Shown here in pieces: positions 10,182 to 19,496 of a DNA stretch of 64,000 bases. The position numbers and the translations under genes were made by a program. How positions within the stretch are numbered: the first letter of the stretch is position 1; each line of letters begins with the position of its first letter. The notes beneath the pieces were generated by a model, which saw nothing but the letters and a program-made list of their open reading frames with translations, searched no databases and was not told the origin of the DNA. The DNA is from a virus, in the IMG/VR virus record IMGVR_UViG_3300042898_002514, one strand, 5' to 3'.

Positions 10182-10354
10182 AGATAAGATTCCTTTTGGG
10201 AGTTGAATTGTCGAATATAATTTTCGAGTTGTGCGGCATCGGTAATGCCTTTGGTGCTTAGATATTGATCTAAGCGGCTTTGATAGCTGGATCCAGGGAA
10301 CATTTCGGATAGACGTTCCATAATAGCTAACATTCGATCTGATAAAAATTTCAT
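10178..10354 (-). CDS. Small hypothetical protein (58 aa, DUF3563-like)
   Basis: MKFLSDRMLAIMERLSEMFPGSSYQSRLDQYLSTKGITDAAQLENYIRQFNSQKESYL; AGGA SD. Confidence 0.6.
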   Translation of the reverse strand: MKFLSDRMLAIMERLSEMFPGSSYQSRLDQYLSTKGITDAAQLENYIRQFNSQKESYL

Positions 10355-10487
10355 TGTGTTTCCTGTGTGTTAGTGTAGACTCAGTGTTTCTACTGAGTTA
10401 TTTATCCGGCTCTTGTGCGATCGCACATTTTTCAGTACAATGTTATTATTGTTTAAAATGAGTTAAATACACAATAGGAATATTTCA

Positions 10488-10772
10488 ATGAAGCTTCAAA
10501 CCAGATCGATTTTGCAGGAACTAAATTCTATTGCCGATGTGCGCAGCACTGATTCGTTGATAGAAAGTCGTGCTGCCAACATCATCAATTCGGCTATTAA
10601 CCTCTTGGAAAGTATTCATAAAAATTATGATTCTGCTTCAGCAGACGAACTTGAGCGTAGACTTATCAATGCAATCAAGGGTCAAGATCCTGCAAAATTC
10701 ACACGTGGTGTTCGCAGAATAGCAGAAGCACGTAAACTCAAGAAAAAATTGGATGAAAGCAATGATCAGTAA
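10488..10772 (+). CDS. Conserved jumbo-phage hypothetical protein (late)
   Basis: TAAATA and AGGA upstream. Confidence 0.75.
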   Translation: MKLQTRSILQELNSIADVRSTDSLIESRAANIINSAINLLESIHKNYDSASADELERRLINAIKGQDPAKFTRGVRRIAEARKLKKKLDESNDQ

Positions 10773-11577
10773 ACTGTCAGAAGGCGGCAACGTATTCAAA
10801 GGCCCGGAAAAACAACCACTAACACAGCGTATTGCCACAGGAGACGTAGAGGAAACCATTCTCTACATTGAAAAAATCACAGGTCTTGACTTTACCAAAG
10901 AAAAGCATCTTGATGACAAGAAGCCGGTTAAATGGCTAGGTACCACAGGCCGCAAAGAAGATCCAGATGGCACCTTTGAAAAGAACAGTTCAGGTGATCT
11001 AGACCTGTCAGTTGATGCCAACGAAGTGGATAAAAAATCATTCGCTGAAAAACTCATTGCACAATTTGGCAAAGAAAACATCAAACTCAGCGGAGACAAT
11101 GTACACTGGAAGGTGCCAATCAAAGGCAGTCCGGACAATGGATTTGTACAAGCAGACTTTATGTTTTCAGCTAATCCTAAATTTCAACAAGGCTCAATGA
11201 TTGGTGGACAGGGCGAGTATCGCGGTGAACATCGACATATCCTATTGAGTTCAATTGCTCGTGCTCGCGGCATCAAGTACAGTCCAAAGCACGGAATACT
11301 AAATGCTACCACAGACGAACTACTACCCAATGGCAACGACTGGAATCAAATTGCCAAGGTGTTGCTGGGACAAACAGCCACAGTTAAAGATATCAAATCA
11401 GTGGACAACATTTTAGATTTTATTAAAAAATTGCCTAACTACGAAGAACTAGTTGCAGGCGCAAGAGAAACATTGGGCAAGCAAGGTATTACCTTGCCGG
11501 AAAACGTAATCTCGTTTGAAAGTGCGCAAACTGGAACACCCTCTTGGTTTCGCAAAATGATGGAACGAGTTAAATGA
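10762..11577 (+). CDS. Pol-beta-superfamily nucleotidyltransferase-like protein
   Basis: LGTTG...SSGDLDLSVD and VQADFM acidic triad; N-terminal LSEGGNVF. Confidence 0.65.
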   Translation: MISKLSEGGNVFKGPEKQPLTQRIATGDVEETILYIEKITGLDFTKEKHLDDKKPVKWLGTTGRKEDPDGTFEKNSSGDLDLSVDANEVDKKSFAEKLIAQFGKENIKLSGDNVHWKVPIKGSPDNGFVQADFMFSANPKFQQGSMIGGQGEYRGEHRHILLSSIARARGIKYSPKHGILNATTDELLPNGNDWNQIAKVLLGQTATVKDIKSVDNILDFIKKLPNYEELVAGARETLGKQGITLPENVISFESAQTGTPSWFRKMMERVK

Positions 11578-12674
11578 GAGCATTTGAATTTTTACGTGAA
11601 GCTGAAGCAGCCCCTGCACCCAAGAAAGTGGGCCGTGAGTTCAACCACCTAGAAGATCTTGTATTCACAGAAGCCAATGGTGCAAACAAGGCCATTAAAA
11701 TACTAAAAGATCTAGCCAGTCCCGAAACCAGTATCACGATCAAGTGGGACGGCAATCCCACAGTGTACTGGGGACGTGAGGATGATGGCAGTTTCCGACT
11801 GGTAGGCAAAAACAACTGGGGACGTGAGGAAGGCAAAAGTTCTAGCCCAGACGAACTCAAACAGTTTATCATGAGTCGTGGCAAAGGCGAAGATTGGCGT
11901 GAGAAGTTTGCCGGAGATATGGCAGCATTATGGCCCATATTTGAACGTGCAACTCCTGCAGAGTTTCGAGGTTATGTCTACGGAGACATCCTATTCCATC
12001 CAGGCAAACCATATGCCGGCGCTAACGGCAAAATTACATTTACTCCCAATCAAACCACTTACTCTGTTGCTGGCACTAGTGAAATTGGTCGAGCATTGGC
12101 CAAGGCCAAGGTAGCAGTGGCGGCACACAAGGTGTTTGGTTACTTTGGAGACAAGACAGGTGCGGACTTTGACGATCCTGATCAGTTTAGTGGCAATCCA
12201 GACCTAAAGGTATTTGGCTTGACCAGTGTTAGCTATAGACCAGCAGTTGGTGCAGACAATATTGCTGCTATTGAAGCACTGGCTAAAAATCAACAGGCCA
12301 TTGATAAATTGTTAGCTCCTGTTGCTGGTATGGGCTATCTGCAGAGTGAAATTTACACTTTTGTAAATAACCAATCGAAAACAAAACAACTGGACAATAT
12401 CAACACAGAAGCTTTTATGGCCTTTGAGCAAAAGACTCCTGCCAAAGCTGCCAAGATAGCGGCACACAGCGAACTGCACCCCGGAGTCATGGATGTGATG
12501 TTTGAACTAGTGCGTGAGATCATGGCGGCCAAAGACGAAGTAATTCGTGAGCTAGATGCATCAGGCGGCGACATAGAACAAACTACAGGTGGTAAGCCCG
12601 GTGGTGAAGGCTATGTTGCAGGCGGTTCAAAATTAGTGCCACGTGATCGCTGGACTCCGTTTCGAGCCGATTAA
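11574..12674 (+). CDS. RNA-ligase-fold protein (DUF6267-like)
   Basis: HLED, IKWDG (KxDG), YGD, GEGYV, KLVPR match ligase motifs I, III, IV and V. Confidence 0.6.
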   Translation: MRAFEFLREAEAAPAPKKVGREFNHLEDLVFTEANGANKAIKILKDLASPETSITIKWDGNPTVYWGREDDGSFRLVGKNNWGREEGKSSSPDELKQFIMSRGKGEDWREKFAGDMAALWPIFERATPAEFRGYVYGDILFHPGKPYAGANGKITFTPNQTTYSVAGTSEIGRALAKAKVAVAAHKVFGYFGDKTGADFDDPDQFSGNPDLKVFGLTSVSYRPAVGADNIAAIEALAKNQQAIDKLLAPVAGMGYLQSEIYTFVNNQSKTKQLDNINTEAFMAFEQKTPAKAAKIAAHSELHPGVMDVMFELVREIMAAKDEVIRELDASGGDIEQTTGGKPGGEGYVAGGSKLVPRDRWTPFRAD

Positions 12675-12759
12675 CAGGTCTAAGACCACGGTTTTTTCCA
12701 ATCTGACTAAATAATATGCCAGTCCCGGAGCGGGACTATTGATTTAAGGAGAACATATC

Positions 12760-13128
12760 ATGGCAACATTCACAAGAACAAATCCAACAGCAGTAGCTCG
12801 CGGTACAATTCAATACACATCCGAATTAACATTCTACAAAGTAGTTCTAAATGGATCAGGACTAGCAGTAGCAGCTTCAGACGCAGCCGCAGCAAAGATT
12901 TCCGATGCACTAGGTTCTATAGCTCGTTTGTTTCAATTCAAAAGCAACGGTCTTGAAATTTTTATGGTAGCAGATCGTCACAGCACCAGCATCGACGCTG
13001 TTGCTAGACTAATTGCTCAAGTTCTAGATACAGGTACATTTACTAATACAGCCGGCAGCGGTGTTGCTACATTGTCTGATTCCAACACAATTACAGTAAC
13101 TGTTCCGACAGACCTAGAAGGTATGTAA
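12760..13128 (+). CDS. Probable virion structural protein
   Basis: Late promoter, TAAGGAG SD, Ala/Thr-rich, followed by a terminator. Confidence 0.65.
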   Translation: MATFTRTNPTAVARGTIQYTSELTFYKVVLNGSGLAVAASDAAAAKISDALGSIARLFQFKSNGLEIFMVADRHSTSIDAVARLIAQVLDTGTFTNTAGSGVATLSDSNTITVTVPTDLEGM

Positions 13129-13155
13129 TTTTAAATTCTCAGGGATGGGAAGACT

Positions 13156-13179
13156 AAGCCCGGTTCGCCGGGCTTTTTT
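13156..13179 (+). terminator. Intrinsic terminator
   Basis: AAGCCCGG-TTCG-CCGGGCTTTTTT. Confidence 0.9.
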
Positions 13180-13219
13180 ACGACTACAATTTTGTAGAGT
13201 TAAATAGTAGCATATAATT

Positions 13220-13624
13220 ATGCAACTGTTCAAACTTGTCAGTGTGGTTGATATCACACGTTCTCGTCCATCTAGATCAGAAACAGATCATTTGAAATTG
13301 GGGCAACAGGCCAATTTCAACAGCCTCATACAGGCCATTGGCATTAGGTCAAATGTGGAATGGGATCGAGACCCAGAATGCCACACAGGTAGACTACCCG
13401 ATGCTATAGAAGGTGCTGCCACTCATTGGATTTGGGAATTTTCAGTTGAAAGAGATTTTGTTTTTCGACTTGGTGACGATCCAGTGGGTCTGCTGTTGGA
13501 TGACCTTGAAGGTGTTCCTGTGATAAATCAGTTAAATAATTCAGTAGATATTACACCTTCAATATTTCAAACCAAAGGTGATCGTGCAAATATTTGGATA
13601 TACGAAATCTCACAAGCGGGATAA
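13220..13624 (+). CDS. Conserved phage hypothetical protein
   Basis: VDITRS...QQANFNSLIQAIGIRSN; late promoter. Confidence 0.75.
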   Translation: MQLFKLVSVVDITRSRPSRSETDHLKLGQQANFNSLIQAIGIRSNVEWDRDPECHTGRLPDAIEGAATHWIWEFSVERDFVFRLGDDPVGLLLDDLEGVPVINQLNNSVDITPSIFQTKGDRANIWIYEISQAG

Positions 13625-13720
13625 ATATAATTTAACAGGCAAAACAATTAGGCATTTCGGAACACTTAGGCACATGGCTCGGAGCGAGCACTTGACTTAA
13701 CATAAAAGGAAACAGCCTAC

Positions 13721-14026
13721 ATGGCCACAACCGTAGAACGACTTGGTGTAGTAGAAACCAAGGTAGCGAACCTAGACGAAAAATTAGATGAGATCAAGGT
13801 TGATGTTAAAGACATGCACGACTGTCTAGATAAAACTAGAGAAAGTGTCATGGCCAAACTAGAAGACATGTATGGTGCAAGCTGTGAACAACATAGTCAA
13901 TTGGCCAGTAAAATTACAGAATTAGAAAAATTTAGACAAAAATGGATCTATATGACTGCTGGTGGCGTAGCGGTATTAGGCTGGGTATCAGGGCATATGG
14001 ATCTAGTTGCCAAGATGTTTAGCTAA
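13721..14026 (+). CDS. Coiled-coil protein with C-terminal TM helix (holin-like candidate)
   Basis: Heptad pattern followed by WIYMTAGGVAVLGWV. Confidence 0.6.
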   Translation: MATTVERLGVVETKVANLDEKLDEIKVDVKDMHDCLDKTRESVMAKLEDMYGASCEQHSQLASKITELEKFRQKWIYMTAGGVAVLGWVSGHMDLVAKMFS

Positions 14027-14068
14027 TATCAATCACCCACTTAAATAAGGGCCATAGGTCCTTTTTTT

Positions 14069-14509
14069 ATGACAAACATACAGCGGCGGTTAGAGCACTT
14101 AGTAGCTAACGCACAGCATAAACTCATAGCTGACAACCACATTCTGCCACTGAAGGTTGCTGAAGGTATTCTTGTAGGTGATGTGTTAATCGTCAGTGAA
14201 GAAACTACAAAACATCTTTATAGGCACAACAGTCTTATCTACAGCAACATTAATCTCAATGCCACAGCAATCAGAATGGCCAATCTAGTGACAAAAAATA
14301 CCAATTCTGCAACCGTAGATAAAATTTACAGATTAGACCAAGAGTACGGCAAATGGTTCACAGATAGTCAGATTCTAAGAACACAGTATCAAAAAGCTGT
14401 CATAACTAAAAACTATGAAAAAGCGGATACTCTTTGGGCAAGGTACTGCGAAAGCAGAGATAAAACTCTAGCTGCCAAAGAAACTGTAACCGCTTTGACT
14501 TATTTCTGA
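14069..14509 (+). CDS. Hypothetical protein
   Basis: 146-aa ORF after TAAATA. Confidence 0.7.
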   Translation: MTNIQRRLEHLVANAQHKLIADNHILPLKVAEGILVGDVLIVSEETTKHLYRHNSLIYSNINLNATAIRMANLVTKNTNSATVDKIYRLDQEYGKWFTDSQILRTQYQKAVITKNYEKADTLWARYCESRDKTLAAKETVTALTYF

Positions 14510-14540
14510 ATAAATAATACATCACTATGGATCAACCAAT

Positions 14541-15752
14541 ATGAAAACCACAGATCTCTTCAAAATTAATAGAACCAGTAAAAGACTGAACGAAAGTATG
14601 TTTAAGACTTTTGGTCGCAAACTGAATCTAGAAACATTCAATGTTGAACAGCTGGAAGATGCTAGAAACAAACTGCGCACACAGATCTACACAGCACGTA
14701 GCAGTTCTGGCTTCAATGAAACTGTGGAAAATGATGCACTGTCACAGGCACAGTTCATGCACGATGCCATAGTAGCTGAATTATCAGAGCGTGATGAACC
14801 TATTGTAGACAACACAGTACAAGAAGGTGCAGACATCGACAAACAAGCATTGATGATGATCCTCAAAAACTTTGATGAAAACATGAACGAACGTGGTGGC
14901 TACGGTGATCCTGATTATAATAAAGTACTAGCAGCTCTCAATCAAGGTGATGTTGAATCTGCTGTGGAAGAAGTATATTATGCCTATAGTGATCAAGACG
15001 GTGGCGAAATTGACATGGCCGACTACCTAGAAGATCTAGAAGATCAGTTCAAAGATATGGTTGGAAGCGAAAACATTCAAACAGAATTAAGTACAAACAC
15101 TCTAAAATCTTATCAAGACAAAGCAGGCAAAGACATTGTAAACACAATGACTTCCGGCGACTATATGACCACAGACAAGAGTGCAAAGAAAGTTATGAAT
15201 CGTATGAGAGGCAGTGAAAAAGCTGACAATAAGATTTACAAAAAAGAGAATGAAAGCATAGAACAAACAGGAGAAAGTATGAATAATTTAAGAGAAGGTG
15301 AGATCCAGCAAGCAAGTGCGATCGTCACAGCAAAGACCATGGTTGACAGAGTGGGCCGTTGGATTGAAGAACTAAGCGGTATGGAGAATGATACTCTATT
15401 GCAGTTAGGTGATAGCATCCGTGACGAAATGGGACAAGAACAGGCAAAGGGATTTATTGAAGCAGTGGCTCCGGCAATTCAATCAGCCTTGGAAAATCTC
15501 AAGACCACACGTGAAGCATTGGCCACTGGAGTACGTACACTAACAGGTGAAGAACAGCCTGTCAATATGTTAGGCGGCGAGCCGGCAGCTGACATGGCTG
15601 CTGAACCCGATGCCATGAACGCAGATGCTGAATTAGGTGGAGACGAATTTGCCGCTGCTGAGCCAGCTGCAGGTGGTGCAGAAGAAGCAGGTCGTGAGAT
15701 GCGCGAAAGTATCAACCATCAGAATCGTTTGATGAGAGCATTAGCAGGATGA
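14541..15752 (+). CDS. Acidic probable prohead core/scaffold-like protein
   Basis: Very acidic, repeated LxE/VxE motifs, GREMRES near the C-terminus. Confidence 0.6.
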   Translation: MKTTDLFKINRTSKRLNESMFKTFGRKLNLETFNVEQLEDARNKLRTQIYTARSSSGFNETVENDALSQAQFMHDAIVAELSERDEPIVDNTVQEGADIDKQALMMILKNFDENMNERGGYGDPDYNKVLAALNQGDVESAVEEVYYAYSDQDGGEIDMADYLEDLEDQFKDMVGSENIQTELSTNTLKSYQDKAGKDIVNTMTSGDYMTTDKSAKKVMNRMRGSEKADNKIYKKENESIEQTGESMNNLREGEIQQASAIVTAKTMVDRVGRWIEELSGMENDTLLQLGDSIRDEMGQEQAKGFIEAVAPAIQSALENLKTTREALATGVRTLTGEEQPVNMLGGEPAADMAAEPDAMNADAELGGDEFAAAEPAAGGAEEAGREMRESINHQNRLMRALAG

Positions 15753-16051
15753 AACTCGAAGAATTCACCAGTGGGTTACGACTAAGAGAGTTAACACCTC
15801 CTATGCCTGGTGCAGCGGCTCCGGGTGCTAAACCGTCTCCGTTGGGAACATTTGCAGCTGGTGCTGCAGGATCAAAACCTCCAGCTGCCGGTCAGCCACC
15901 GGCCCCAGCAATGGATCCTCAAGCAATGGCCAAACAGCAGGCAGCTCAGGTCAAACAGATGGCCGAACGAAAGAAAGCCATTCAAGAGCAGATTAAAGAA
16001 ATGCAAAAGCAGATTCAAGAACTTACTAAAGAATTGAGCACACTAAAATGA
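15749..16051 (+). CDS. Pro/Ala-rich coiled-coil hypothetical protein
   Basis: ATGA overlaps with both neighbours. Confidence 0.7.
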   Translation: MKLEEFTSGLRLRELTPPMPGAAAPGAKPSPLGTFAAGAAGSKPPAAGQPPAPAMDPQAMAKQQAAQVKQMAERKKAIQEQIKEMQKQIQELTKELSTLK

Positions 16052-16416
16052 GATTTTTTGAATTTGGCGGAAACTCCGGAATAGAAATTGATCGATTCAT
16101 AATGGTTCTTAGAAACTATATAGGTCGTGCTGCCAGTCAAAAAGCCCCTTCGAAATTAAATTGGAACGGACTCAACAAAGTTTTAGCAATCAACGGATTT
16201 GAGCTTACCGCTGATTATGAAACTTTCAAAGCCATGTACGATTCAAGTCCGGCAGTACAGGCAATGATTTCAAATTTCAATGATGACGGCATTGAGCTCA
16301 AAGTGCCAGGCGCCGGCAGCGAAAAACAAAAACCAGACGGCACCAAAGACAGTCAAGCGGAAGTAGATAAAATTGCAGCCAGTGCTGCCCCACAACAATT
16401 AGCCACCCAGGCTTGA
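16048..16416 (+). CDS. Hypothetical protein (MRFFEF N-terminus)
   Basis: ORF track, translationally coupled. Confidence 0.7.
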   Translation: MRFFEFGGNSGIEIDRFIMVLRNYIGRAASQKAPSKLNWNGLNKVLAINGFELTADYETFKAMYDSSPAVQAMISNFNDDGIELKVPGAGSEKQKPDGTKDSQAEVDKIAASAAPQQLATQA

Positions 16417-16450
16417 CAACATAATATCTTTACTGTAATATATACAGTAT

Positions 16451-17146
16451 ATGATTATCAACCCACCACCCTTTGTTGAACGTTTCCAATATAAAAATTG
16501 TGTTCAAATCAACGACCCCGTAACACGTAAACGTGTTTACCAAACTCCCGACGGCGAAAGTCTACCCTCAGTGACTACTATATTGAGTGCCACCAAAGAC
16601 ATGACTCATTTGAACGAATGGAAGAAACGAGTAGGAGTTGAAAAAGCACAACAGATTACCACTGAAGCTGCAGGCGTAGGCACAGCCATGCACAGCAATC
16701 TAGAAAGATTCATTGCTGGTATACAACGACAGCCTGGTAACAATCCTGTTCACGTACAGGCTAACAAAATGGCTGATGTTATTATTGAAAATGGATTATC
16801 AAAAGTATCCGAAGTATGGGCTATGGAACAGAGTCTATACTATCCGGGATTGTTTTCAGGTACAACTGATCTAGTTGCAGTACACGATGGAGAGCCCGCA
16901 GTATGCGATTACAAACAGACCAACAAGCCCAAGAAAGCGGAATGGGTAGAAGATTACTACCTACAGCTGATGGCCTATATATTAGCACATAATGAAGTCT
17001 ATGGCACAGACATCAAGAAAGGTGTTATCTTTATGTGTTCACGAGACTTTCAATATCAGCAGTTCACACTAGAACCTACAGACTTCAACAAGTGGCAGGA
17101 TGCCTGGCTCACAAAGGTAGAGGAATACTACAAGCTAGGTAGATAA
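16451..17146 (+). CDS. PD-(D/E)xK exonuclease (Cas4/RecB-like phage exonuclease)
   Basis: LPSVTTILS, GTAMH, GTTDL, CDYKQ, QLMAY; TTGACA promoter upstream. Confidence 0.9.
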   Translation: MIINPPPFVERFQYKNCVQINDPVTRKRVYQTPDGESLPSVTTILSATKDMTHLNEWKKRVGVEKAQQITTEAAGVGTAMHSNLERFIAGIQRQPGNNPVHVQANKMADVIIENGLSKVSEVWAMEQSLYYPGLFSGTTDLVAVHDGEPAVCDYKQTNKPKKAEWVEDYYLQLMAYILAHNEVYGTDIKKGVIFMCSRDFQYQQFTLEPTDFNKWQDAWLTKVEEYYKLGR

Positions 17147-17175
17147 ATACTCTATAACGCATAGAGGATATCAAA

Positions 17176-19047
17176 GTGGCTGTAATTCAAATCTCGAAAA
17201 TCCAGGTCAGAAGAGGCCAAAAAAATTCAGGCATAGGTGTTCCACAACTGAGTTCAGCAGAATTTGCCTGGGCTGTTGACAGTCAAGAACTATTCATAGG
17301 CAACGGCAGTGTTGCTGAAGGTGCCCCGGCAGTGGGCAACACCAAAGTCCTTACTGAACACGATAATATTTTAGAATTGGCCGCCAGCTATAGATTTGCT
17401 GCCGATGATAATTCAATTACTCTCAGTATTGCTCGTGGATTGCAGTCTAAAATAGATGAGATACAGGTCAGTGTGGTAGATTTTGGTGCAATACCAGACG
17501 GATCAACTGACAGCACTCTAGCATTTACCACGGCCATTGATGAACTGTTTAAAAATTCCAACGATAAATTTAAAAAAATATTGGCTGTGCCAAATGGTGT
17601 GTATCTTTTTCTTGATGATCTAATTATACCTAGCAATGTGTTGATCAAGGGAGAAAATTCACAAGAAACAGTTCTAGAAATAGGAGATAACAATATTATC
17701 TTCCAAGACATCTCCGGTAGACCGCAAGGCATTGTGATAGAAAATTTAACCATTAATCATAACGATGGTCAAACAGTCATAACCGGTTCACAGGAATGTA
17801 AATTCAAAAGTGTTAAATGGCAATCTGGATATGTGTTAGGTGATGCTGTGTTTGTGCCGGAAAATGCCAGTTGTTTGTACAACATACCCACAATGAGTAT
17901 AGGTGGTAACGTCATAGTATCGGGCAGCGGAGTGAGTTCAACTATCAACACTGCCTTTACCAGTACTTTTGCCAACACCCTAGGCATAGCAGTAGGAACA
18001 TTAAATGCTGATGCCACATTTAGTGCAAACTTTGAAGCTGTTGTGGTAGGCGGTAGTATTAAAATTAGTTCCAAGTCAGATGCAACATTGGCCGCAACAG
18101 TGCAATCTAATTTCACAGTGACCAGCTTGTCTTCGGGCAGCGGCAGTACCAGCACTATTACTCCAGTGCTGGCAGAATTCACAGATGGGTCTGCCAATGT
18201 AACTGCATCAGTATTTTGGGAAAATAACTTGTTTGGCACCAGAGTCAACAAACTGGTGTTTGAAGATTGCAAATGGCATTCAACACCATTGGCAGTGGAA
18301 TGCCAACAGACTGTGTCATTTGATTCAGTAGTGGATTTTGAACACTGTGAATTTTTTGTCTGTGATACAGGAATATATATTGGCGGTGTTGTTGGTCAGG
18401 GAAATCTTTGGCACATTGACGACTGTCACTTTGAAGAAGTGGCCAATCAAGCATTCATTAGTACTCAAGGAAGAGGAACACAGTTTCAAAGATCTAGATT
18501 CACCAACTGTGGCAACAACACCAACAGTGCGTCTTCACCATATACTAGTATAGTGTCATTTGGTGAATCCTTCGGCAACACATTGGTAAACTGTTCCAGC
18601 AATCGACATCAAGAATCTGGAATTGTCAGTGTGACTACTGCAGATACTAGAGTGGAATTTGAAAATGCTAGCTCAGCCAGCCTAGTGGATAGAAACTACA
18701 GCGAACTATATCTCAGTGATGCACCAAGACCATTGGCTGTGTTCAGTGCATACAACAACTACATTTATGTTGATTACACTTTGAGATTAGGTCAGCACGT
18801 AAGGACCGGACAAGTTGTCATAGTGATTAACACATTTAACACTGACATAGAAATTTCAGATACATATACCTATTCGGGAGGAGGAATTGTTATGACAGGA
18901 TTCGAATTTTTTGCAGAACTAAAAAACAACAGCAACTATGATGATTCAGCTGGACCAAATAATGACACCCTACTTCTTAAATATCAAAACCCATTAATTT
19001 CTGGTGCTATTGGTTCAATCGAATATAATATTACCTACGGTGTTTGA
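17176..19047 (+). CDS. Tail fibre/baseplate-associated protein with pectin-lyase-like beta-helix
   Basis: MAVIQISKIQVRRG..LSSAEFAWAVD N-terminus; VSVVDFGAIPDGSTDST; beta-helix repeats. Confidence 0.75.
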   Translation: MAVIQISKIQVRRGQKNSGIGVPQLSSAEFAWAVDSQELFIGNGSVAEGAPAVGNTKVLTEHDNILELAASYRFAADDNSITLSIARGLQSKIDEIQVSVVDFGAIPDGSTDSTLAFTTAIDELFKNSNDKFKKILAVPNGVYLFLDDLIIPSNVLIKGENSQETVLEIGDNNIIFQDISGRPQGIVIENLTINHNDGQTVITGSQECKFKSVKWQSGYVLGDAVFVPENASCLYNIPTMSIGGNVIVSGSGVSSTINTAFTSTFANTLGIAVGTLNADATFSANFEAVVVGGSIKISSKSDATLAATVQSNFTVTSLSSGSGSTSTITPVLAEFTDGSANVTASVFWENNLFGTRVNKLVFEDCKWHSTPLAVECQQTVSFDSVVDFEHCEFFVCDTGIYIGGVVGQGNLWHIDDCHFEEVANQAFISTQGRGTQFQRSRFTNCGNNTNSASSPYTSIVSFGESFGNTLVNCSSNRHQESGIVSVTTADTRVEFENASSASLVDRNYSELYLSDAPRPLAVFSAYNNYIYVDYTLRLGQHVRTGQVVIVINTFNTDIEISDTYTYSGGGIVMTGFEFFAELKNNSNYDDSAGPNNDTLLLKYQNPLISGAIGSIEYNITYGV

Positions 19048-19462
19048 TCTATACAACAATGATAGATTAATAAAATGGAAACAATTTCGTGATAGCATAG
19101 AAACTAGCCAAACTCCACTAGAGGATGTTGCACATCTTTGGAGTCGAGCACCATTTGTTAGTCATTATCTCAACCCCCTTACTCCGGACAAGTGGCCGGA
19201 TCCTTGGCATCTAGTTTTAAATTCTAAACTAGATGAGCTTGCTATTGTTCTTGGAATGCTGTATACTTTAAAGTTAACACAGCGGTTTATAGCAAGTCGA
19301 TTTGAGATACATATGTCTACAATGGAAGCCAGTAGGTACAGTAAATATTTTTTGGTAGTAGACAATCACGTTTTAAACCTGGAATATGGGTGTGTTTTGT
19401 CAACTGTTGAATTAAGCGGAGTTGAAACCAGCATCATCTGGACAAATAACAGTAACAAATAA
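19040..19462 (+). CDS. Conserved phage hypothetical protein
   Basis: GTG start overlapping previous stop; WPDPWHL. Confidence 0.7.
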   Translation: MFDLYNNDRLIKWKQFRDSIETSQTPLEDVAHLWSRAPFVSHYLNPLTPDKWPDPWHLVLNSKLDELAIVLGMLYTLKLTQRFIASRFEIHMSTMEASRYSKYFLVVDNHVLNLEYGCVLSTVELSGVETSIIWTNNSNK

Positions 19463-19496
19463 ATATCAGATCGCAAAGAATAACGTAGAGAAAACA

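Noticed and set aside
16451-17146. Cas4 as a sign of a CRISPR system
   Set aside because: Lacks the four-Cys Fe-S motif and cas context; ordinary phage exonuclease
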